DNA of 51,173 nt, from NCBI GenBank assembly GCA_017623255.1, contig JAGAPL010000012.1, positions 1-51,173 of the forward strand, in the 5' to 3' direction. The notes under the pieces were generated by a model. The model was not told the DNA's origin. It saw nothing but the letters and a program-made list of their open reading frames with translations, and did not search any database. Source of the DNA: Clostridia bacterium. Its GTDB lineage: Bacteria > Bacillota > Clostridia > Oscillospirales > CAG-272. Both the position numbers and the translations under genes were made by a program. The stretch's first letter is position 1, and every line of letters begins with the position of its first letter. Below, piece after piece: positions 17,958 through 27,800 of the stretch.

Positions 17958-19127
17958 TTATTCCTTCCAGAATACAAGATTATCCCAGAAAGCATCCCAC
18001 TTTGCACTGAAGGAATTGTTTTCTTCATTTTCGTCAATTTCTTCATCAATCAAAGTGAAGTTCATATCCATACCTGCGTGTCCGCCGATGAGATCGTCGG
18101 TGCAGTCAGGATCATCACCTTCAAGCCAGATAACAACGGTGTATTTATGCGATTCCATTGGATCAACGCTTGTCACCGTGCCTCCTGCTACAGTGGTTGA
18201 GCTGAGAAAGCTATACGGAATCATTCTATAAAAATTGTTACCGTCCTTGCTTGTTATAAGCTGGAACTGAGCTTCAGGATCAGCTGCCCTATCGTACATA
18301 GGACAATTTAAATATCCGCGCGTATTGTCATTAAAATACGGCAGAGCCTCCTGAGTTCCATCCTCTCTCGGCTTAGCATAGAATTTCATTTTTCCGTCCT
18401 CAAAGATCATTATCCACGCCGCATCGGACATATCGTGACTCTCTGAGTTCAGATGGCAGGTCCAGTTATAGCTAACTGTTGACTCGCCTTCATTTCTGAT
18501 ATAAAAAGTGTAAGCAAAATATGTAGCTTCGTTATGCTGACCGTCAACGCTATCAACATCATCATGTATATCCGTGATAGAAACACAAGGAACATTTTCT
18601 GCCGCCTGAGCGAACAATCTCATAGTGGGATTTTCAAAACCCACCGTTTCGCTCAGAGAAAATCCCTCACGAAACATTGATTCACTCATATTGATAGTGA
18701 AGTGACCTTGCATTTGGGAGATCAACGATAATGCAAACAGCACAGCCATCAAAGCTGCCAGTGCGCCAAGCAATGCCCACAGCCATCTGCCATGGAGAAA
18801 CCACATAAGAAGGGGAAACCATTTGGTTTTATCAAAATAAAGACCAAGGCTTGATGCAATCAGCTCAAATTCCTTTTTGCTTTTAATTCCCTTTGCACGA
18901 AGCTCTTTTCGAAGCTTTTTTCTGCCTTGATTTATTTCGTTAACTTCCTCACGAGTGAGTTCTTCCCCACCGCGTGTTTTCTTAAACGGTCCCTTTTGTT
19001 TTGTTCTTTCGCCGTTTCCGGATTTTTGAACGGAAGCTTTCCACTTTTTAGGAGCGTTATCAACGCCCTTTTCGTCGATACCGACTTCTTCTACATTTTC
19101 GTTTGTCGGAATGTTCTTATCTTCCAT
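17958..19127 (-). CDS. Membrane-anchored paralogue of the fibre-subunit family
   Basis: 389 aa; basic cytoplasmic N-terminus, internal TM (WLWALLGALAALMAVLFALSLI), then YFAYTFYIRNEG and VIWLEGDDPDC. Confidence 0.8.
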   Translation of the reverse strand: MEDKNIPTNENVEEVGIDEKGVDNAPKKWKASVQKSGNGERTKQKGPFKKTRGGEELTREEVNEINQGRKKLRKELRAKGIKSKKEFELIASSLGLYFDKTKWFPLLMWFLHGRWLWALLGALAALMAVLFALSLISQMQGHFTINMSESMFREGFSLSETVGFENPTMRLFAQAAENVPCVSITDIHDDVDSVDGQHNEATYFAYTFYIRNEGESTVSYNWTCHLNSESHDMSDAAWIMIFEDGKMKFYAKPREDGTQEALPYFNDNTRGYLNCPMYDRAADPEAQFQLITSKDGNNFYRMIPYSFLSSTTVAGGTVTSVDPMESHKYTVVIWLEGDDPDCTDDLIGGHAGMDMNFTLIDEEIDENEENNSFSAKWDAFWDNLVFWKE

Positions 19128-19130
19128 ATT

Positions 19131-20597
19131 TTACTGTTGCTCTCTGAGCAAGCTATCGCGGATAAGTTCTTCCTCGCCTACAGGGGAGCCTGTAATAGAG
19201 CCGCTTGTTGCAACAACGCCGCATGCCATCTGCCATCTGAGCAGATCATCGGAATCGGCACCGCAACCAAGAACTGTGAATCCGTTTTCCTGCAGTTTTC
19301 TTATCATTTCAGCTGCTGCGGGATCAAGATTGAGCTCCGGAGCAAGGCGAACATATCTGAAGCCTATCTCTATAAGCTCTGCATAGTCAAGCTTTTCAGG
19401 ATGATATCCATCAAGAACGAGAGCAATTCCATTTCTGAGATATCTGCCAATGATCTCCTTATTCGCTTTATTTGCATTTATAAATGCATCTTCGGGAACT
19501 GTGATCATAAGCATTGACTTTTCAATCGGTTGATCATCGAAGAGCTGATTGAAACGCTGAAGCTGCGTGCCAACTGTATAAAAGCCGGGCATCATATTGA
19601 GCAGTATTCCGCGCGTTTCAAGCTTACAATTTTGCATACGGAACACGGTGTCTGCTGCTTCATACATAAAATAGAAAGCCATATCTGCTATCAATCCTGT
19701 ACGAACAAGCATTTCGTGAATGTCTGCAATTCCTTCGGTTTCGCCGGGTCTGTTTGCTATTGCGCCAAACCAAGGCGTTGCCTCATATGCAACAACACTT
19801 CCCTCTTTGTCACCGAACATCGCTTTATATGTCAGTCCCATTGGTCTGTCTGCGCGCTTGTCCACAAGGTGAACTGTCTTGGGAACAGTCATTGTATAGT
19901 GGATGTATTTATTATACACTGAACGGCACTTTGATTTTGCAGCCTCAAGAACTGCTATAAGCTCCGTTGACCAGTATATATCTTTTTGGGATAAGAGAAC
20001 ATCATAAGCATCATCAAAAGGCTTTTCAGATTTGGTTTCTGAGGCTAGTCTGTCAAGTTCCTTTGCGAGACCTACTATCTGAGCTATGGGGCTTATGTTG
20101 TTGCCCATCTTTCCTTCAGGATAGCCTGAGCCGTTCCAACGCTCCATATGCTGCTCACAGGATTCTCTTATCATGAGCCAAGGGATGTTTTTGGTGGCCG
20201 TTTCACCGCTTGCGTCGCCGCGGCGCTTTTCTCTCGCGCGCTGGCCGCGGCTCTGGAGAGCCGCGGTCAATGCACGACCGTCAGTGGTATATTTCTTATA
20301 AACTGCCACTTCTTCATCAGTAAAGTCGTCTCGCCAAAGCTGATAATCGGGAGGTACCAACGCTTTTCCAAGCTGATGGTAGAGTCCGCACTTATATGCA
20401 AGATCTCCATACTGACTCTTGATCTGCGCTGCGCCATCGGAATGGTTTTTACCAAAACCGTTTGAGCATGCCTGCAGGTAAAGCACCTGAGTATATGCTG
20501 CAACGCGGATTGACTGCTGGCGTACTACAACGACTAAGCCTCGAAATGCTTCATCCCAGGTTTCATATTCAACTTTTTTCCAGTTATTATCGTTCAA
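19131..20597 (-). CDS. HD-GYP + EAL fusion protein, both domains degenerate
   Basis: LYHQLGK (normally HDIGK), QHMERWNGSGYPEG, IVGLAKELD. The EAL-like half has YEAT, LDGY and GCGAD in place of EAL, DDFG and EGVE. Confidence 0.8.
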   Translation of the reverse strand: MNDNNWKKVEYETWDEAFRGLVVVVRQQSIRVAAYTQVLYLQACSNGFGKNHSDGAAQIKSQYGDLAYKCGLYHQLGKALVPPDYQLWRDDFTDEEVAVYKKYTTDGRALTAALQSRGQRAREKRRGDASGETATKNIPWLMIRESCEQHMERWNGSGYPEGKMGNNISPIAQIVGLAKELDRLASETKSEKPFDDAYDVLLSQKDIYWSTELIAVLEAAKSKCRSVYNKYIHYTMTVPKTVHLVDKRADRPMGLTYKAMFGDKEGSVVAYEATPWFGAIANRPGETEGIADIHEMLVRTGLIADMAFYFMYEAADTVFRMQNCKLETRGILLNMMPGFYTVGTQLQRFNQLFDDQPIEKSMLMITVPEDAFINANKANKEIIGRYLRNGIALVLDGYHPEKLDYAELIEIGFRYVRLAPELNLDPAAAEMIRKLQENGFTVLGCGADSDDLLRWQMACGVVATSGSITGSPVGEEELIRDSLLREQQ

Positions 20598-20629
20598 AAT
20601 AGCACCCCATAGTTATTTTGCTTTTTTAA

Positions 20630-21871
20630 TTATTCTGCGTCGTCGATATCGTAATCAACGAGAGGAGTATCGTCTGTCTGGTTCTTCTTGCGGCGTACTA
20701 CGAACACTACGATAAGTGCGATGAAGCCGAGGTTCAGAGCAAGGCTGATGAAGAACAGAACGGGCCATACATAGTGGATCTTGATGTTACAGTAGTCATC
20801 CTGAGGTTCAACCTCAACTTCTACTTCAACTTCCTTGATAACTGTTTCTGTTACAGAAAGTGAATTGATAAGATCCTCAATTTCGTCTACAAGAGCATTA
20901 AGCTGAGCAGCTGCTTCATCAATGGACTTCTGGTCATTTGATGTGAGAAGCTCTGTTGCGCTAACAAGTGCATCCATAAGCTTTGTTGCCTTGTTTGCTA
21001 CCCTGTTATCTTCAACGAATGTGTTTACTCTTTCAATTGCTGCTTCAAGTGCAGAATAGTCGATTGCAACAAGTGCATCAATTGCGCTGCTGAGCGCTAC
21101 TGCAGCGTCGTCAACAACGGACTGCTTATCGCTCTTGAGTGCTGCCTTTGCTGCAGCAAGTGCAGATTCAAGATTCTTCCAAGAATCTGCTGTGTATTTA
21201 GACTCTTCAAGGCCTTCAGCGTTACTGATCTGCTTCTTAAGGTCTGTATAATCTACGGAGCCGGAAGAAACAGGAGGCTTAGGCTCTGAGGGAGTGCCTG
21301 TGATGGGAGATGTTACAACAGGTGCTGTTGTTTCGGGAGCAGGAGCTGTTGTTTCGGGAACAGGAGCTGTTGTTTCAGGCGCGGGAGAAGGAAGGGGGGT
21401 GGGAACTGTTGTTTCAGGAGCGGGTGTTGTTTCGGGCGCCTTAACAACTACTTTCTTCTCTGTTGTGATCATTGCATCGTTTGATCCATCTGCACGTGCA
21501 ACTGAATAGTTGAATGTTACGTTGCAGGACTTCCCTGCTTCCGCTGTGCTCTTAAGATTTACTGTTACTTTAAGTGTATATGTACCCTCTGTTGCACCTG
21601 CATCAGAGAAAGCAAGTGTTGTGGGGTTAACGAATTCACTGGCAGAACCGTTAGGGAGAATAAACTTAAAGTCATAGCTTTCGATGATTCCATCAGTATC
21701 ATTTACTACGACATTGCCGTCGGCACCGTAACCTACAAAAGGAACTGTGAGGGTTACAGTGTCACCTGCTTCAGCATATGTCTCTGCACCTGCCGCAAAC
21801 GCGACAGGTACAGATGCAGCCAAAAGAAGCAAGGCTAATAAAGCTGCAAATATTCTTGAAATTTTATTCAT
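20630..21871 (-). CDS. Cell-surface anchor protein: signal peptide, putative cohesin-like beta-sandwich, Pro/Thr linker, FIVAR-like helical repeats, C-terminal TM
   Basis: AEAGDTVTLTVPF...VNLKSTAEAG; PETT repeats; YTADSWKNLESALAAAKA (FIVAR-like); TM followed by RRKK and an acidic tail. Confidence 0.75.
   Translation of the reverse strand: MNKISRIFAALLALLLLAASVPVAFAAGAETYAEAGDTVTLTVPFVGYGADGNVVVNDTDGIIESYDFKFILPNGSASEFVNPTTLAFSDAGATEGTYTLKVTVNLKSTAEAGKSCNVTFNYSVARADGSNDAMITTEKKVVVKAPETTPAPETTVPTPLPSPAPETTAPVPETTAPAPETTAPVVTSPITGTPSEPKPPVSSGSVDYTDLKKQISNAEGLEESKYTADSWKNLESALAAAKAALKSDKQSVVDDAAVALSSAIDALVAIDYSALEAAIERVNTFVEDNRVANKATKLMDALVSATELLTSNDQKSIDEAAAQLNALVDEIEDLINSLSVTETVIKEVEVEVEVEPQDDYCNIKIHYVWPVLFFISLALNLGFIALIVVFVVRRKKNQTDDTPLVDYDIDDAE
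21320..21439 (-). repeat. PETT(A/P) linker repeats
   Basis: Five copies of TGTTGTTTC(A/G)GG encoding (A/V)PETT. Confidence 0.85.
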
Positions 21872-21893
21872 TGTTCAATATACCTCACACTAT

Positions 21894-24800
21894 TTAAGCT
21901 TTACAGAAAGAATAATACTGGTCCATAAGCTCAATATTCTTCTTGCAGATCATGGATTTATCACCGGATCTTACCTGACCATCACCATTGATGTCAGCCG
22001 CAAGAATCTGATAATTTGTAGCTGTGTATGTGCCGATTGTGATCTGAGATGCAACAGATGCATCACCGGACTTAACCTGACCGTCGCCGTTCAAGTCACC
22101 AAGAACGATTATTGTCAACTTAAGTGTAGCAGACTCGCCTGCTGTGTTTGTAGCTGTCATTGTGATCTTCAGACCTGTGCCTACTCTGCCGGACTCATGA
22201 AGCTCATTATCAACTGTGATATCAACATAACCGTTAGCATCATTTTCAAATGTTGAAGCCTGAATCATAGCCTTGAATTCATCAAGTGTGATACCAAGAT
22301 AATGGAGATCAAGGAACAGAATGTTTTCTTCTGCACCCATCTTCACGTTATATCCGAAGAGATCTGCATGATTATTAAGTTTAACATCGCTTATTGCGGG
22401 CTTGCCAATAACAACGTGATCTGCATTTACAAACTTATCGAAGTCGAAGCCGGGAAGGTTCTGGAGCTTGTTAAGTTCAGCTTCAAGTTCGGGATCAACA
22501 ACGATACTGTAAGTTGTATCACCACTTACAGGGTCTGTTGTTGCTGTGATCTCTGCTACGATTGTATAAACAGCATCGCAGTTTTCACATTCGATTGTCA
22601 TTGTTGCTGTCATTGCTGTTATGTCAAATACCCAAGGATCGTCAACATTTACGATCTTGTTGAAGTTATGACCCTTAGCAGGAGCTGTTTCAGCTGTTGT
22701 TGTAGCTGTGTAAGTCTTGCCTTCGTACTCAGCTGTTGCTGTGTATGTTGTGATTTCTGCGTTTACACAGTCAGCATTTGTTGTTACTTCGCTTGTTACT
22801 GTTGCATCAAGTACAACTGTTTCGCCGCAAGCACACTTGATTGTTATTGTGCAAGTGCCATTGCCTGCGCCCCAAGTCTCAGAATCATAAACGAATGTAT
22901 GTCCTGTTGCAGCTTCGCCGGGTTCAACCTTTGTTTCGCCGCAAACTGTACATGTGTATGTCGTATAGCCATCCTCTGTGCATGTAGGAGCTGTTACAAC
23001 GCCTGCATCCCAAGTGTGACCAAGAGCATCAACAACTTCCTGAGCTACAATAATAGTACCACATACATCACAGTGGCTACCTTCTGTGAGACCTGTTGTT
23101 GTACATGTTGCTTCAACTGCTGCATCAACTACAGGTGTGTGTTCACCTGTTGCGGGAATAACTTTAGCTTCTCTTGAAAGCTCTGCGTTACATACAGTAC
23201 AGTAAACTACTTCATCGTAGGATCCGTCTGCTCCGCATGTTGCGCCTACTACGTTTTCCTGAACCGCTGTGCCGTGTGTATGTGCGCCTGTTGCGGGAAT
23301 AACCTTAGCTTCTCTTGAAAGCTCTGCATCACATACAGTACAGTAAACTACTTCATCGTAGGAGCCGTCTGCTCCGCATGTTGCGCTTACTACGTTTTCC
23401 TGAACTGCTGTGCCGGGTGTGTGTACGCCTGTTGCTGTACCGGGAGCAACTACAGTCTTTGTTACTGTATATGTTTCGCCTTCGTATTCAACAGAAGCAG
23501 TTACTTCTGCCTTTGCATCATCTACACAAGTAGGAGGAACAGGAACTATTGTAGAATTTACTACCTTAGTATCTTCAAATCCGCAACCTCTTGCGCAAGT
23601 GAATGTCATTGTGCATGTGCTGTAATCAGCTGCCCATACACAATTTGCTTCATCAAGCATATACTCGTGTCCGAGAGCAGGCTTAATAACCTGTGTGGAC
23701 TCGCCACAACCGTTACATACCTTATAAGCATCCCAGCCCTCGTCTGTACATGTAGGCTCCTGAGCGGGATAATCAACGTAATCATGGCCTTCAGAAGGAA
23801 TTACTTCCTTAAACTTAGCCTGATCTTCAGCAGAAACGGGAACCTGAACGCCCCAAACTTCTACGTACTCAACTGTTGCGTTGTACTCACCGTCTGTGAA
23901 ACAGTCGGGAGCGATCTTATTTGCTTCAACTGTGAATGTGTCCTCGAAAGGCTCGTCACATCTTTCACAAGTTGTTGTTACTGTGTATTCGAAGTATCCT
24001 TCGATTACTGTTGCTCTGAGAGCGAATGTAGATGTTGCAGGAACATATTCTACATTTGTGATCTTGAAGTTATCAAGATCAGGGTTATGACCGAGTTCGG
24101 GAAGAACTTCTGTCTTTGTATCGTAATGGTCAACGCCATTATATGTTGCCTTTGCTGTGTAAACCTTTTCTCCTGTTGTGCAGCAATCGGGATCAATTGT
24201 CTGCTCAGATGTTACAGTTACATCAACTGTGTCATTAAGATCACAATCAGTATTACTGCAAGTTACAGTCATAGTTTCACACTCATAGCCAACCCAGTTA
24301 AATGTGTAAACATAAGCGTGGCCTGTTGCTGCGAGAACATTAGTTTCTTCTTTGCCGCAGAGTTCACAAACGCGAACTTCTTCGCCATCTTCTGTGCAAT
24401 CAGGTTCTTTTGTTGTTGTCCAATCGCCCCATTTGTGACCATCGGGATCAACTGCAACCTTCTGAGTTTCTGTTCTGCCACATACAGAACATGCTCTTTC
24501 TTCTTCGCCCTCTTCTGTGCAAGTGGATTCTGTTGTTACTGTCCAGTCGCTCCAATCGTGATCCTCTGCTGTGTATACATACTCAGCATCGTCAGCGATA
24601 AGGTGGAGAGTTTCTTCGTCGGAAACTACTGCGCTGAGAGCAACATCAGAATCAACGGAAGCGCCATCTGCTGTGAGAACGAACTTATAATCGCCGAATG
24701 TTACGTTATTATTTGTTACAAGATCAACACTCTTAGAAACATTGATATCAGCTGTTGCTTCAACTGCTTCTACAACGATAACTGTGAAGCTTTCGCTTAC

Positions 24801-27800
24801 ATCAGCTTCAAGAGCTGCAAATGCATCGGAAAGTGTGTCGTACCAACCAACGAGCTTGCCTTCAGCGTCGTTAACTACGATTGCCTTTTCTTCAGGGAAC
24901 AGACGAACTGTTACGTTCACTTCTGTTACATCAACATTGTATGCTACAGAATAGCTTGAGTAGATATTCTTATTGCCTGTGAATGTCTTGCCCTTGGAGA
25001 AGCCATAGTACTTACCTTCTGCATCAGACTTCTTAACAGAACCAAGAGTTCTGCCGCTTTCTGTTACTGTTTCAAGGAGTTCTCTTGCTTCGAGCTGACG
25101 GAGGAGTGCTCCAACAACTTCGATTACAAGGGAATAACCCATTGCTTCATCACCGATTCTATCGATGATATCAGCCTCTGCATCAGCACTGAGCTTAAGG
25201 CTCTTAACCATAGCTGTGAACTTTTCGCCGCGAGCTACATTGCCGAGAGCATCGCAAAGCTGCTTAGCTGTTACAGAATCAAATGCCTTTTCAAGATAAG
25301 TGAGTGTATGATCAGCATAGTATGCATCAATTGCTTCAACAACATCTGCCTTGAGAGCAGCGTTGTCTGTGTTAGAAGCAAGAACAACTGCCATCATAAT
25401 TACATATCTTGCATCCTTTGTGAAGTCGAGTTCAACGGAACCTGCGTAAGCACCGTTTACTACGATTTCATCATTATCGTTACGAACGATATCTTCAAGA
25501 GTGAGCTCAGATTCAACTACTGCTGTGTCAGCAAGAGCACCGGCAATAATTGCAAGCTCATCCTTATAATCGCCATCAACTACTACGTTGATAACGTAAG
25601 TTTCTGTTTCATCAGAAGAAACGATATTAGCTGTGAGAGCATCATTTACAACGTCAAGCTCAAATACCCAAGGAGCAACAGTTGCTTCATAAGAAGCTAC
25701 CTTGCCGTCGCCTTCAAGAGCTGCCTGGAGAGCTGCAAAGTCTGTGAGATCTGCAACAACTGTATTGAAGAGATCTGCAAGCTCAGGAGCAGATACACAA
25801 GCAAGAACTTTATCAATTGCATTGTCAACTCTGTTTGTGCCTGCTACCAGGCCAATGATATCTTCAACATTAATATCATAAACCTGCTTGCCATCAACTG
25901 TAAGTGCAGCAACGTCATAGTTGTTTACAAGAAGATCAACTACAAAGTCGATACCTACAGATGCGATGCTCTTCTTATTGAGCATTTCCTTGAGATCGGA
26001 AGGAGTTGCATTAAGTGTGATTGTTACGTCGTTACCATCTACTGCAACGCTGAACAGCTTGTTATATACAAGGCCGTTTGCATCCTGAGCATAACCTGCC
26101 TTAAGGAATGCAGATACATCATGGCCGTACTTACCGCCAACAACTGTAGCAGAACCTGAAACTGCACCGTAAACAATACCGGAATCAGCATTATTACCTG
26201 TGCTGTCGGAAATAACTACTGTGTTATTAGCTGTGATATCGCCGAGTACCTTCTTACCGTTGAGGTCAAGAAGTGTCTTAGCATTGAATACGAGATCGCC
26301 TGCAACATCATCAAGAAGGATAATAGCTGCGGGGCCTACAAGCTTAGGAGCGTTTGCTACAAGCTCTTCTGCTGTGTAGATGTGAATAATATCCTTTGTT
26401 GCAGCCTTAAGGTCAACAAGGATAGCTGCGTATTCAACTTCTGTGTTTGTCAGCTTAGCGGAGAGAGTTACGTTTATACCGTCAATCTCTTCTTCAGCTG
26501 TCTTGTATTCTTTGATCAGTGTACCAAGGTCGATAGAAAGGTCTACGCCCATAGAAGCGATCATTTCATCAACCATACCCTGGAGTCTTGCTGTTACAGA
26601 ATTGATGCCTATATTATTAATAGGAAGGATATAGTTACCATTTGCATCAAAATATTCTGCATCTGTGTCATAAAGTTTAACAACTGCATTGTAGATCTTG
26701 CCATAAGTTGTGCCTGTAAGCTTGAAGTTCTGGCCAAGATTTGCAAGAGTTTTATCAATGTTAGCTGTTGTTATCTCACCGTTGAGAACAGGATCAAGAA
26801 CTGTGAGCAGATATGTGATTGCTACCTGATTATTGAGTTCATCAATATTGTCAAGGTTGATTTCGCCTACAGCAGAGAGAGCTGCTACATAGAGAGCATA
26901 AACCTGATCGGGCAGTGTGATCTCTGCGTTAGCCATACCGTTTTCGCATACTACGGAAACATAAGGAGACGCTGCTACAAGAGCCTTGCGGGCCTTCATT
27001 ATAAGATCTGTAGCTTCTGCGAGAGTGATATAGAAATCAATTTCAACAGCATCAGCTTCTGTTGCGCCGAAGGACATTGTTGTCTTGATTATCTGGCCGC
27101 CAAGCTTATCTACATCATACGCGCCGATAACATTGTAGCCATTGAGAGTCATATGATCAATGTTACCCTTTTCATCAACAACATCAATGATTGTCTGTGT
27201 GCCAACGCCGCTGTTCATAACAACGTCAACGATTGTCTGGAGTGAATACTGGCTGCCATCATAAAGCACGCCGTCACCCATACCGATGTAGCCATAGTTT
27301 GAACCGCCCATTACAAGACCCATAGCAAAGTTGCCAAGTCCTGTCTTAGCACCGTCCATTGAAGGAACGATGGGAAGAACAGCAGCATATTTGCCTTCTG
27401 CGTTCTTTGTAAGAACAGCCGCGCCCTTCATTGCATCAAAGAGTTCGATAAGTCTCTTTTCAACGAGGTTGATTTCTGTGCGAGTGATTACTACAGTGCC
27501 GTCTGCAAAGATTGCATCAAAATCAGCTCTGGGGAACTGGATCTTAACGCCTTCTGCGCCAACGTACTGTTCAAATGTCTTAGTTTCACCGTTCACTGTA
27601 TATGTATAGGAGTACACATAAGCAATATCGTTAGAAGATGTGCCGGGGAGTGTTACACCGTTGCCTGCTGTAGCATCGGTATATGTGAGTGTAACGTCTG
27701 CAGCACCTTCAATCTTAACTGTATACTTCTTAGCTGTCCATGTTTCAGAAATAACAGTTTCTGCGGAGATCATATCTCCAACAACAGGTGTTACAAATGT

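Noticed and set aside
1-19127. Type IV or sortase-dependent pilus
   Set aside because: No G|FxxxE class III signals, prepilin peptidase, PilB/PilC, LPxTG pilins or sortase in the window.
13225-23427. Repeats (13225-13445, 21320-21439, 23146-23427) as CRISPR arrays
   Set aside because: All are in-frame coding repeats with no unique spacers and no cas genes.
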